The notes under the pieces are model-generated. The model did no database searches. It saw nothing but the letters and a program-made list of their open reading frames with translations, and was not told where the DNA came from. A program made the translations under genes and the position numbers. A stretch of 64,000 nt of DNA, from positions 53,478 to 117,477 of IMG/VR virus record IMGVR_UViG_3300046163_000090; one strand, given 5' to 3'. The DNA is from a virus. Shown in pieces: positions 30,297 to 39,191 of the stretch; within the stretch, counting starts at the first letter, position 1; every line of letters starts with the position of its first letter.

Positions 30297-32888
30297 TTAA
30301 CATAATTCTATAGGAAAGATTGCTGGCAAGCTGTCGCAGTTAGTACTTACAACGGGTTCTGTAGGTGATGGAGTTAAGCTCATCGACGTGCTGGGGGTAA
30401 TTTGTGGGGTTTTTGTTGGAGTGCATGTGATAGAGGGGGTAAGGGTCATTGACATGGTTAATGAAGGGGTAGCTGTTTGGGTATGAGTTGAGCTTGGAGT
30501 TATTGATTTTGTTGGGGTAGGAGAAGGTGTTTCTGTAGGTGTTGTAGAAGTTGAATTCGTTGGGGTTTGGGTGACTGATGGTGTTACGGTTTTAGTTTGA
30601 GTTTGAGTTTGTGTCGGGGTTGAGGTAATTGACACTATAACACTAATAGCTTTTATTGTTGCATTAGCATCATGGTTATGTTGCAAGGAATTTTTTAGAT
30701 CAATTATTCCTGGATTATCTAATGAGCTAATAACATTGACTTCTTCTACAGGTAAACCTTCGTCTATTATTACTTCTTGGTTGATGTTAAATTTAGCTTG
30801 ACTTTCAGTAGATACAGTTAGGAAAGTTTCCCCTTGATTTGCTGGAGATATTATGTGAGAAACTAATCCAAAATTAGAATCCTCAGGGTTATAAGGTTCA
30901 GCCTCATCATAATTAACTTCATAACCCATGTCTTCTAGGAAGCCTATACTGATCTTACTTAATGGGTTGTAGTTTCCATTTTCAGACCATCCAGCCATAA
31001 GCTCATGCTCCAGACCTGGATGAAATACTCCACCAATTAATCTATCGTTAACAGATATTCCATTCAAGAATCCTTCTTCTGGGTGAGAATGTGCCGTGCC
31101 TTGTCCCCCGTCATCTTCTGTAGGTATTCCAGATAACTCTGCGACATTGTGGCCTAATGGCTCTAAATAATCTTTATATGCTTGAAAAGCATGTTGTCCA
31201 GTATAATAAAATTTATCTACCCCATCTTCGACATATTTAACTACAGGTTCTCCAGCAATAGTGCTATTTTCGCTTAACGTAAATCTACCTATCCCAAGTA
31301 AATGTCCAACTTCGTGTAGAGATACATAGTATAATTCACTAAAACCAGCATCCCCTACATTATCTCTCTTGCTTTCAAGGTGTACTGTGTTTAATATTAA
31401 CCTACCACTGATTGGGAAAAATGATCCAAAATTTAGAGATCCCATAAAATGAGATATAGATGCGCCACCTAAAATATTAGGTGCCATAGTGTCATATTCA
31501 ACGCCAACCTCTAGTTTCCAGTTTGAAAATGGTTTACTTACAAGAACTCTATCCCATTTATCAACTGCAGCCTGAATGGTTTCTCTGTAAGAAGGATCAT
31601 TAAAGCTTGGATCCTGAGAAATGTTATCGATAGAAAATTCTATATCTTGATCTGGATTTGAGAAAAAAGTTAGCCTTGTTGCAGATGGAGTAATAGTTGG
31701 GGTTTGAGTATTTGTTTGAGTAATCGAAGGGGTAACAGTAGGTGTTAAAGTATTTGTGTGTGTTGGGGTCGCTGTAAGACTTGGGCTTGAGCTTTGAGTA
31801 TTTGTTTGGGTAATCGAAGGGGTTGCTGTGGGTGTTTGAGATATACTTTGAGTAAAAGAAGGGGTAACAGTAGGTGTTAAAGTATTAGTCTGCGTTGGAG
31901 TTATTGTAGCTCCCACTGTCGAACTTTGAGTATTCGTTTGGGTAATTGAAGGAGTTGCTGTGGCTGTGAGAGTATTTGTGTGTGTTGGGGTCGCTGTAAG
32001 ACTTGGGCTTGCGCTTTGAGTATTTGTTTGGGTAATCGAAGGGGTTGCTGTGGATGTTTGAGATGTGCTTTGAGTAAAAGAAGGGGTAACCGTAGGCGTT
32101 AAAGTATTAGTCTGCGTTGGAGTTATCGTAGCTCCCACTGTCGAACTCTGAGTATTTGTTTGAGTGATTGAAAAAGTTGGGGTAGTTGATGGGGTAAAAG
32201 AGCTAGTTATCGTTGCCGTTACTTGTGGCGATTTTGATGGGGTTACTGAAATTAATGGAGTACTACTAGATGGAGTTACAGAAGGTAAAATTAAACTGCT
32301 TGTAGGGGTCGGCGAAGGATTCGGAATACCTCTAACTTGTTTCACTATTGCTCCAGCTTTATGGGTATAATTTAGTGGACTATCTAGAATTAAAGAGCCT
32401 ATATCCACTACTGTTCGATGTTCTTCTATACTAGTCCCTGGATCAATAACTATAAAATTTCCTACATTAAATTCAATTTGATTTGTTACTTCAATAGCTG
32501 AGCCTCCAGAATCGACATCTAAAGTAAGATTGCCATCAGCAAAGAATTTATGAGCAGATTGTAAATCTATCGTTGAGCAATTTATTTCAGCTCGATAAAC
32601 AGATTGCGAAAATGTTGCACTAAAGACTCCTTCATCTAAAATAGACTCATTTACTATGTCAGACAAAGGTTTGATTGTAGCATGATATTTTGATTTTTCA
32701 TCAATATCACATATAGGATCTTCAGTATCTACTATATAATTTAATTCAAAAGGGCTTTGAAAGTTATGTTCTAAAGCTTCATCAACATACCATACAATTT
32801 TTTCTTCAGCTTCATTAACTATAAAATGATAATCACATGATATCGTTTGAATTTTGTTTATTGTGGCTCGGTAATTGCATTTGCTCAT
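30297..32888 (-). CDS. mucin-like Thr/Pro/Ser-rich protein with leishmanolysin (M8)-like zinc metalloprotease domain
   Basis: HEVGHLLG zinc motif followed by PTEDDGGQGTAHSHPEE and ELMAGW..PLSKISIGFLEDMGY, with long TPT tracts on both sides. Confidence 0.8.
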   Translation of the reverse strand: MSKCNYRATINKIQTISCDYHFIVNEAEEKIVWYVDEALEHNFQSPFELNYIVDTEDPICDIDEKSKYHATIKPLSDIVNESILDEGVFSATFSQSVYRAEINCSTIDLQSAHKFFADGNLTLDVDSGGSAIEVTNQIEFNVGNFIVIDPGTSIEEHRTVVDIGSLILDSPLNYTHKAGAIVKQVRGIPNPSPTPTSSLILPSVTPSSSTPLISVTPSKSPQVTATITSSFTPSTTPTFSITQTNTQSSTVGATITPTQTNTLTPTVTPSFTQSTSQTSTATPSITQTNTQSASPSLTATPTHTNTLTATATPSITQTNTQSSTVGATITPTQTNTLTPTVTPSFTQSISQTPTATPSITQTNTQSSSPSLTATPTHTNTLTPTVTPSITQTNTQTPTITPSATRLTFFSNPDQDIEFSIDNISQDPSFNDPSYRETIQAAVDKWDRVLVSKPFSNWKLEVGVEYDTMAPNILGGASISHFMGSLNFGSFFPISGRLILNTVHLESKRDNVGDAGFSELYYVSLHEVGHLLGIGRFTLSENSTIAGEPVVKYVEDGVDKFYYTGQHAFQAYKDYLEPLGHNVAELSGIPTEDDGGQGTAHSHPEEGFLNGISVNDRLIGGVFHPGLEHELMAGWSENGNYNPLSKISIGFLEDMGYEVNYDEAEPYNPEDSNFGLVSHIISPANQGETFLTVSTESQAKFNINQEVIIDEGLPVEEVNVISSLDNPGIIDLKNSLQHNHDANATIKAISVIVSITSTPTQTQTQTKTVTPSVTQTPTNSTSTTPTETPSPTPTKSITPSSTHTQTATPSLTMSMTLTPSITCTPTKTPQITPSTSMSLTPSPTEPVVSTNCDSLPAIFPIELC
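31700..32170 (-). repeat. 222-bp internal duplication within the Thr/Pro-rich tract
   Basis: GCTGTAAGACTTGGGCTT at 31771 and 31993; a 74-aa unit is repeated. Confidence 0.8.
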
Positions 32889-33268
32889 AATGGAACAGTT
32901 CTACGAGTAATTTCTTTCGAGAAAATAATATTTCCAGAATCGACAGTAATTACTGTATCTTGTTCGCCAGGTAAAGATATTTGCAAATCATACTCATAGG
33001 ATCCATCGACTAAGTCTTTTGAGTCATTGCTTCCTATCGTAATTCTAACATTGCCCGTGCCAAATTTTTCTATTCCGCCAGATTCTTCACTATTTTTTGT
33101 AATTACAGCTTTAGTATCATCTGGATTATTTGCGCCAATTACTCCAAAAAAAGGTTTTTTAACTGTAAATAATACCAAGTAGTTTGCCAGATCAAGTAAG
33201 TTATCATCCTTATAAACGCTAACATCCAATACTGATGTATCTCCAATTGTTAATTTAATTTCCGACAT
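32885..33268 (-). CDS. BppU-like baseplate Ig-fold protein
   Basis: IGDT..LDLANY..FTVKK..G.V.I.I...DSKDL..GSYEYDLQI pattern. Confidence 0.6.
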   Translation of the reverse strand: MSEIKLTIGDTSVLDVSVYKDDNLLDLANYLVLFTVKKPFFGVIGANNPDDTKAVITKNSEESGGIEKFGTGNVRITIGSNDSKDLVDGSYEYDLQISLPGEQDTVITVDSGNIIFSKEITRRTVPL

Positions 33269-33548
33269 CTTTTTTCCTATTTTTTGTATTTAATAAACTT
33301 GATATTGTAATAAGTACACCTACGATAGCCATTATGGCAGCAAAAGCTATTGCGGGATCAATATAATTTGTTTTTTTTATTTTAGAAGCTATTTCAAATT
33401 CTAACTTAGTTATATTTCCGTCTCTATTTATGTCTACATGCTCAAACGATACATTACTTACTGAACTTTTAGGGGTAATTTTTTTTACTGATTGAAAACA
33501 ACCAGATAAAAATAAACCAATAAACATAAATATTATAAATTTTTTCAT
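33255..33548 (-). CDS. lipoprotein with EF-hand-like loop and C-terminal TM (u-spanin-like topology)
   Basis: Start reassigned to MKKFIIFMFIGLFLSGC (lipobox, ATGA overlap). Contains DINRDGNITKLEF and a hydrophobic C-terminal helix. Confidence 0.65.
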   Translation of the reverse strand: MKKFIIFMFIGLFLSGCFQSVKKITPKSSVSNVSFEHVDINRDGNITKLEFEIASKIKKTNYIDPAIAFAAIMAIVGVLITISSLLNTKNRKKDVGN

Positions 33549-33979
33549 TTTTTTGACGGAATTGCATAAAAGCCTATAACCATAAAACATAAATCCATGA
33601 AAGAGGCTAACATTAAGCCTCCAGTAAGTTGCACCTGCACCCAATCAGTGCCCCCGAATATCCAAGAAAATATACTCCATCTAGCATTTTCGCCTTTTGG
33701 CATTAAAACATCGTATGTAATATAAGGGTTCATTGCATAATATATCATCAAGAAACACATAGTAAAGGTTATAGACATAAATAATATCCTGCGAGTTGTT
33801 TTGACGAATGGGTCATCTGCTCTTTTATTCTGATTATCAATTAATGCTTTTAACATTTCTGCATCTCTTGCAGCAAGAATCATTTGATCTTGTCTCTTTT
33901 GCTCTAACCAATAATTGATTAAATTAGCACCGACTTTAATGCCAGCACCAATCACGGTATTCATAATACTGCCCAACAT
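33545..33979 (-). CDS. membrane protein, holin candidate
   Basis: 144 aa with an N-terminal amphipathic helix and two hydrophobic segments. Confidence 0.55.
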   Translation of the reverse strand: MLGSIMNTVIGAGIKVGANLINYWLEQKRQDQMILAARDAEMLKALIDNQNKRADDPFVKTTRRILFMSITFTMCFLMIYYAMNPYITYDVLMPKGENARWSIFSWIFGGTDWVQVQLTGGLMLASFMDLCFMVIGFYAIPSKK

Positions 33980-34003
33980 ACAATTTAGTACACTAAAATG
34001 AAT

Positions 34004-34963
34004 TTATGATGATGGAAAGTCTAAATTCTGATTAGAAAAATTCTGAACACTATTAACAAATGAAACCCAAGAGCCTGAGTGATACATTAATCTTACATCA
34101 ATAATATTAATAGAGTCTCTTAGATTAGTTACCCGATAGTTCGCTTCCAACGGTATCAGCCAGCTAGGATCTTCTGGCGATTGAGCAAAAACTTTTATAC
34201 CCCAAGTATCAAGCATATATGATGCAATATTATAAACATATAATGAAGTTTGAAAAGTGTAATTTGAGATTTTTGGTAATTGATTAAAAATTATTTTTAA
34301 TTCATTATTGGTTCCGCCATTGTTAATAACAATTCTATCACTAAATGGTGGATTTATAATGATTGGCTCTACAGCTCCCGCGTTTGTTATAATTTCTCCT
34401 TGTGTATCTTCTGGACCAAGAAGTGTTTCATCTCTCTGCTTGAAGATAGCTTGATAGTCCGTAGCCTGGTAGTTTATGGAACTTTCAGTTGGAAAAATAT
34501 CAGCAATAGTAGCTTCTGAATTTAATGATTGCGCATAGGCTTCTAAATCTTGTAGAGTTAATTCGCTGACCGAAGATTTTCCTGCAAAAGCTAAAGCATT
34601 TTCTTCTGTGCCGCCTAAAGTGTTTTCTATGTAATGCGGTAGCTTGCTGGAATCTCTAGTTTTTGATTGTACTGTACCGCTAGATGCATCAATTTTATTG
34701 ACATCCCCAATCCAAAGAGAGTTATCGGATAGAAAAAGATGTCTAACCTTATACTCTGCTGAGCCAAGATCGTAATTAGCATTTGATTGAGGTATAAAAT
34801 GCATATTATACCTAAGGTTATCATTGGAGTCTAAAAAACCACTAACATTTGAGTTTCCTATAAACCCTTCATTATCATTTATGGCATTTTTTAATTGATT
34901 AACATCTCCTGTTGTAAGAGTGTTATTATTGGAATCTTTGTCGTTAAAATTTACTTGAGTCAT
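34004..34963 (-). CDS. putative tail fibre-related protein
   Basis: HFIPQSNANYDLGSAEYKVRHLFLSDNSLWIG fibre repeat motif. Confidence 0.6.
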   Translation of the reverse strand: MTQVNFNDKDSNNNTLTTGDVNQLKNAINDNEGFIGNSNVSGFLDSNDNLRYNMHFIPQSNANYDLGSAEYKVRHLFLSDNSLWIGDVNKIDASSGTVQSKTRDSSKLPHYIENTLGGTEENALAFAGKSSVSELTLQDLEAYAQSLNSEATIADIFPTESSINYQATDYQAIFKQRDETLLGPEDTQGEIITNAGAVEPIIINPPFSDRIVINNGGTNNELKIIFNQLPKISNYTFQTSLYVYNIASYMLDTWGIKVFAQSPEDPSWLIPLEANYRVTNLRDSINIIDVRLMYHSGSWVSFVNSVQNFSNQNLDFPSS

Positions 34964-34984
34964 AGTAACTAAAATTTAGTTACA

Positions 34985-35689
34985 CTATTTTTGTTCAATT
35001 TTCTTTATGATGTAAGATAGTATTTCACTGCGTAGTATATCCTCGAAACCAAATGAAAAGCATTGAATACCGTTGTCTTTGCTTTGATCGTCATTAAATA
35101 GGTCAAACATCTGCTTAAATCCACTCTTGCCATTAATGTCGCTTTGCATATAATCTCCACAAATAAATAACTGTGAATCTCTACCAATTCTAGTTAATAA
35201 AGTTGTTAATTCTTTAAAAGTAAAATTTTGAGCTTCATCCGCGACAACTACTTTATTTATCCAGTTTGCGCCCCTGAGGAAGTTGACTGGCATTGCTTGA
35301 ACTCTTTCTTTTCGTATTAATTCGTCAACTAATCCCGTGTTTGACGGTATTAGCTCTCTTAATTTTTCATCTAATGGAGCCATATATGGATTAAGTTTTT
35401 CGTGTAGATCTCCAGGTAGAAAACCTAAACCTTTGTCCGCGCTTTCAATTACAGTTCTAACATAAAGCAAGTCTAAATCGTCGTTTTTCTTTAGTTGCTT
35501 GAGTGCGCAGTACACTGCCATGAATGTTTTCGTTGATCCTGCAGGTCCAGAAATAAAAATAACTTTATTTCTCTCATCCAAAGAAAGCCTTACTAATGAT
35601 TTTTGTTTCTCCGTTAGTCCTAAATTCTTAACGGTAATCTTTGAAGGTTTCAATTGGCCGATTTCTAGGTCGTTTTTTCTTTTTGACAT
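34985..35689 (-). CDS. phoH: PhoH-family ATPase
   Basis: GPAGSTKT P-loop, LGFLPGDL.EK..PY, FLRG, ADEAQN, LTRIG and GD..QSD motifs. Confidence 0.93.
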   Translation of the reverse strand: MSKRKNDLEIGQLKPSKITVKNLGLTEKQKSLVRLSLDERNKVIFISGPAGSTKTFMAVYCALKQLKKNDDLDLLYVRTVIESADKGLGFLPGDLHEKLNPYMAPLDEKLRELIPSNTGLVDELIRKERVQAMPVNFLRGANWINKVVVADEAQNFTFKELTTLLTRIGRDSQLFICGDYMQSDINGKSGFKQMFDLFNDDQSKDNGIQCFSFGFEDILRSEILSYIIKKIEQK

Positions 35690-35785
35690 ATTATCTTAAA
35701 TGTAATACACAACAATTCTTAATTAAGTGAAAACTTCAACACGAAATTCTTAAATTGCAATTTCGTATTATTTATTAAATTATTA

Positions 35786-36328
35786 TTATTGTGAATGAAG
35801 TTGAATAAAATCATAAAAAATTTCATTTCTTTTTCTGGGATTAGAATAAAACCAATTCCAAGCATAACTATTTTGTATTTTTGATATTTTATCTTTTAAT
35901 TCATTTATATTGCTCTGTAATATATCGAGCTCTTCTATAGTTATTTGAGAAATGTCGGGGGCAATAGATGCTTGTCTGCCAGCATCAAGCAGTTGCTGAA
36001 GGTTGCCACTTTTTTTTGCTTCGGCAGCTTGGGTATAAATTTTTGTGTTTTGTTTTTTATTATCGACTCTATCAGGATGAGTATTAACCATTATCTTTCT
36101 AAATAGCTTTTTAGAAGAAGAAGTTGATAAATCCGCGCGGACATTTTGAGTCTCAGATTCAGTTTTTGAAAATGGATCGCCAAGATCGTTTTCGGTACAA
36201 AATTTAGAAATACTATTTACAAATTCAATTCCAATTTGATTAAATGTTTTTTTTATTTCTTTATATTCTGTATTCAATTCTTTCCATTCTCTTCTTAATT
36301 TATAATACTTTGTCTTCTTATATGACAT
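35786..36328 (-). CDS. J-domain protein (paralog of 8001..8678)
   Basis: LFRKIMVNTHPDRV; shares a C-terminal WF motif region with 8001..8678. Confidence 0.75.
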   Translation of the reverse strand: MSYKKTKYYKLRREWKELNTEYKEIKKTFNQIGIEFVNSISKFCTENDLGDPFSKTESETQNVRADLSTSSSKKLFRKIMVNTHPDRVDNKKQNTKIYTQAAEAKKSGNLQQLLDAGRQASIAPDISQITIEELDILQSNINELKDKISKIQNSYAWNWFYSNPRKRNEIFYDFIQLHSQ

Positions 36329-36374
36329 TGATGATTAAAGATACATATTATCATAATTAGCCGCCGACATATTT

Positions 36375-36572
36375 TCAATTTATATATTCTATATCTTGTT
36401 TTTTAAATTTTTGTGTTTTATTTTCTTTTGTAAATTGATTATCTATCATTTCTACTATTATATATACTTCTTTATCTACTGTAGTTTCAAGTACTATTTC
36501 TGCTTTAAAACGCCCAAACTTAGTATTTACCCAGCATAAAGAGCGACTTTCGCCGCTTTCTTCCGCATTCAT
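36375..36572 (-). CDS. hypothetical protein
   Basis: 65-aa ORF in the same operon orientation. Confidence 0.55.
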   Translation of the reverse strand: MNAEESGESRSLCWVNTKFGRFKAEIVLETTVDKEVYIIVEMIDNQFTKENKTQKFKKQDIEYIN

Positions 36573-36580
36573 ACATCAAT

Positions 36581-36808
36581 TTACTGTTCCGACTCGGTAT
36601 TTTTAACTAAAGTAATAACAATTTGATTATTATCTGTTATTCTTTCTGAGTCTAATATGTATCCATGGTTGAATACGGCTTTTAATAATTGAATTTTATA
36701 TTGTTTCTCTAATTCAAGCGCAACTTTTTCTGGGGCTTCGCTATTGCCGCAGTTAGAATACCATACATTGTCACTGTATTCTTCGCAAATTGATAAGATT
36801 GTGTTCAT
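36581..36808 (-). CDS. hypothetical protein
   Basis: 75-aa ORF with a GTGTA motif 12 nt upstream. Confidence 0.65.
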   Translation of the reverse strand: MNTILSICEEYSDNVWYSNCGNSEAPEKVALELEKQYKIQLLKAVFNHGYILDSERITDNNQIVITLVKNTESEQ

Positions 36809-36990
36809 TTACTGTATATTTACACTGATTTTAGGCCGCCGATTTTTTTTGATTAAGCAATAATTTGTATATTTTGAATTGTCAGGGGATATTGAGAAAT
36901 ACCACCCCCCGCCACTATGTCAAGCTCTAATGATGATTTTTTTTTGAGAAATGGGTGGGTTAATTATATAAAACTTTTTTTCTTTTTTGC

Positions 36991-37019
36991 TTGCAATTAG
37001 CTTTCTAATATGCTACCTT
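36991..37019 (+). promoter_or_regulatory. sigma70-type early promoter (leaderless)
   Basis: TTGCAA-17-TACCTT with TG extension; ATG 5 nt after the -10. Confidence 0.7.
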
Positions 37020-37024
37020 TAGGT

Positions 37025-37210
37025 ATGTTTAAATTAAATGATATAGTACGTGTCAAATATGGCACACACAAGGGTAAAACCTTTCAAGTCGTGGGCTTCG
37101 CTCGCAAAGATAGCCTCGGCAAGTTAATTACTTGCAAGTTGTATCGTTCTCAGTATCGCTTTAACTTCATGCCTTGGCAAATCGAAGTTAACCCTTTACT
37201 TGCAAAATAA
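37025..37210 (+). CDS. small KOW/SH3-like protein
   Basis: MFKLNDIVRVKYGTHKGK KOW-like motif; start reassigned from the promoter position. Confidence 0.65.
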   Translation: MFKLNDIVRVKYGTHKGKTFQVVGFARKDSLGKLITCKLYRSQYRFNFMPWQIEVNPLLAK

Positions 37211-37222
37211 ATCACTTTGTGC

Positions 37223-37251
37223 TTGCAATTCACTAAAAAATTTCTTAGAGT
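37223..37251 (+). promoter_or_regulatory. sigma70-type early promoter
   Basis: TTGCAA-17-TAGAGT; ATG at 37260. Confidence 0.7.
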
Positions 37252-37259
37252 ATACTTAT

Positions 37260-37448
37260 ATGACAAAGACAACAAAATTCAAAAAGGGTGATGTCCTAAT
37301 CTCACGAGACAAAAAAGTCTTCCAATTTATCCAAGCTATCGAACATGAAGATCTCGGTACTATCGCAATGGTTCGCCCGTATCGCACCAATCGCAAGGTT
37401 GGCATCCGTTTTGAGGATGTAAGAATTCATCCACTTTTTACAAAATAA
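37260..37448 (+). CDS. small SH3-like hypothetical protein
   Basis: MTKTTKFKKGDVL; C-terminal HPLFTK resembles NPLLAK of the preceding gene. Confidence 0.65.
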   Translation: MTKTTKFKKGDVLISRDKKVFQFIQAIEHEDLGTIAMVRPYRTNRKVGIRFEDVRIHPLFTK

Positions 37449-37460
37449 TTATCTTTTTTC

Positions 37461-37489
37461 TTGCAATTAACTAAAAAATTTCTTAAAGT
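37461..37489 (+). promoter_or_regulatory. sigma70-type early promoter (leaderless)
   Basis: TTGCAA-17-TAAAGT; ATG 6 nt later. Confidence 0.7.
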
Positions 37490-37495
37490 AATACT

Positions 37496-37738
37496 ATGAT
37501 AAACAACAATAACACACTCACACAAGTCAGGAAACAATTAGACTCCAAGCTCGATCTTGGGCTCGCACTCTCTAAGGCAGAAGGCAATCTAAACTTTTTG
37601 GCTCAGCAATCAAATTCTAATGATTCAGAAATTGGAATCACTGAAGGCATGGCAATCATGGACTCTTTGCACGCAGTACAACAAGCACGCAAGGCATGGC
37701 AAGACATTCTGCACAATGAAGTTGCAGATAGAAAATAA
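37496..37738 (+). CDS. hypothetical protein
   Basis: 80-aa ORF directly after a promoter. Confidence 0.7.
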   Translation: MINNNNTLTQVRKQLDSKLDLGLALSKAEGNLNFLAQQSNSNDSEIGITEGMAIMDSLHAVQQARKAWQDILHNEVADRK

Positions 37739-37775
37739 AGCTTGACATCATTTTAGTATTAGCCATAATAGAGAC

Positions 37776-37835
37776 ATGACATTCATAATAATAGGACTGA
37801 TAGCATTCACAATAGGAGCATTACAAGGAATATGA
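37776..37835 (+). CDS. 19-aa hydrophobic peptide MTFIIIGLIAFTIGALQGI
   Basis: ATG 6 nt after a TTGACA..CATAAT promoter (37742); ATGA overlap with 37832. Confidence 0.5.
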   Translation: MTFIIIGLIAFTIGALQGI

Positions 37836-38140
37836 GAAAAGTAACACAACAAATAAAACAAGCCTTTGACAATGGGCAAAAGCTAAAAGTAAACAACACC
37901 AAGACAGACGGAAAGACCGTTTGGCTACATGGTAACGCGATTGTCAAACGCGATCCTGACGGGTTAGTGCGTTGGTCGCTCGCAGGTTGGAATACATCAA
38001 CCACACGCGAACGCGTCAATGGTATAGCAAACGCGGGCGTTTGTCAAGTAGATTTTGAACCCGTCTTAAATGGTGAAATAATTGACTCATCCGATTGGTT
38101 TGCTAGCAACCAAAAGTTGCCCGATCCTCTCGTGTGGTAA
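37832..38140 (+). CDS. hypothetical phage protein
   Basis: WLHGNAI..GWNTSTTRERVNGI motif of a type common in phage early genes; AGGA SD. Confidence 0.75.
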   Translation: MRKVTQQIKQAFDNGQKLKVNNTKTDGKTVWLHGNAIVKRDPDGLVRWSLAGWNTSTTRERVNGIANAGVCQVDFEPVLNGEIIDSSDWFASNQKLPDPLVW

Positions 38141-38169
38141 GTTGGCACGAAACCTGTCCCTAACTTCCC

Positions 38170-38236
38170 TAAGTTGCTACCTATCAGCGACTTAGGGAAG
38201 CCTGGCTGCCATAAGTACTTGGTAATCAATGAGTTG
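38170..38236. repeat. 67-bp dyad element E1
   Basis: taagttgctacctatcagcgactta-gggaagcctggctgcca-taagtacttggtaatcaatgagttg. Confidence 0.85.
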
Positions 38237-38247
38237 TACAACAACTG

Positions 38248-38458
38248 AGGCCCGCCCGTAGTAGAACGATTCTATTTGTCGACTACGGTACCAGGCCCGC
38301 CCGTAGTAGAACGATTCTATTTGTCGACTACGGTACCAGGCCCGCCCGTAGTAGAACGATTCTATTTGTCGACTACGGTACCAGGCCCGCCCGTAGTAGA
38401 ACGATTCTATTTGTCGACTACGGTACCAGGCCCGCCCTGGGTATGGTATTGTTATTTG
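38248..38458. repeat. 45-bp tandem array A (4 identical copies plus a degenerate 31-bp end)
   Basis: Unit aggcccgcccgtagtagaacgattctatttgtcgactacggtacc at 38248, 38293, 38338 and 38383. Confidence 0.95.
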
Positions 38459-38544
38459 AGGCCCGCAAAAAAACTTTGTTTTTGTGAATAACTTAAGTGC
38501 TTTTTTCTTGCAATTAGCTTATGCCTATGCTAGGTTATACTTAT

Positions 38545-38718
38545 ATGACAAACGAAATTCAAACACATCTCACAAAATTAGGAATCGACAAGTTCATCGA
38601 AGACAATGAACTTCAGCTTGTGGTCTGCCTTCATGCTGATCATATGCTTTGGGAATGCCCAGGTGGTCACCTGTGGAATATTCAAATGATAAAAGATGCC
38701 GCAGATAAAAGTTTATAA
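38545..38718 (+). CDS. hypothetical protein
   Basis: Follows TTGCAA-17-TAGGTT (38508-38536); start reassigned to MTNEIQ. Confidence 0.65.
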   Translation: MTNEIQTHLTKLGIDKFIEDNELQLVVCLHADHMLWECPGGHLWNIQMIKDAADKSL

Positions 38719-38770
38719 TTAGCCTTTTTTTGCTTGCAATAAAACCATTAAACTGCTAACTTATACTTAT

Positions 38771-38971
38771 ATGACAGATAATGACTCACTCGCCCGTACT
38801 GCTCACGCCTTCGGTATCACTGATGTTGAATTCCAAGCTCAACAAAAAGAGCTTGCGCGCCTCGCTCGCCTCGAAAAGATAATCGCTGACATCAGGAATA
38901 GTGACGAATCTGCCGAGATGCCCGAAGTGCATCGCAATCATGAAGAACCAAGCTTTGACTTATTCAACTAA
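38771..38971 (+). CDS. hypothetical protein
   Basis: Follows TTGCAA-17-TAACTT (38734-38762). Confidence 0.7.
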   Translation: MTDNDSLARTAHAFGITDVEFQAQQKELARLARLEKIIADIRNSDESAEMPEVHRNHEEPSFDLFN

Positions 38972-38993
38972 TAACAATAAACATTATAACACT

Positions 38994-39179
38994 ATGAAAG
39001 ACACCCAACACAAAGGAACACTAGCAAAAGTTAATATTGTCGATGCAAAGACAGGCGAAACCGTTCAAGAGAATGTGATGATGCAGGTTGAAGAATGCAA
39101 AACAATAGACCAAATAAATAAAGAGTTGGCAATGTTTTTCTTGCCAAGACGCTTTGAATTGGTAGAATGGGTAAAATAG
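38994..39179 (+). CDS. hypothetical protein
   Basis: Start reassigned to MKDTQHK to avoid a long overlap. Confidence 0.6.
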   Translation: MKDTQHKGTLAKVNIVDAKTGETVQENVMMQVEECKTIDQINKELAMFFLPRRFELVEWVK

Positions 39180-39191
39180 AAAGGAATTAAA

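Larger units (their letters stand above)
4016..36825. promoter_or_regulatory. dispersed GTGTA motif upstream of structural-region genes (putative late promoter)
   Basis: GTGTA lies 9-12 nt before starts at 4030, 8001, 13428, 15498, 21016, 26502, 30263, 33979 and 36808, and 16-26 nt before 9950, 20395, 34963 and 35689. Confidence 0.75.

Noticed and set aside
38276-38491. ORF with STTVPGPPVVERFYL repeats (and 39497..39700 on the minus strand)
   Set aside because: These are by-products of 45-bp repeats being a multiple of three. The two related arrays give listed ORFs on opposite strands, with no SD or promoter.
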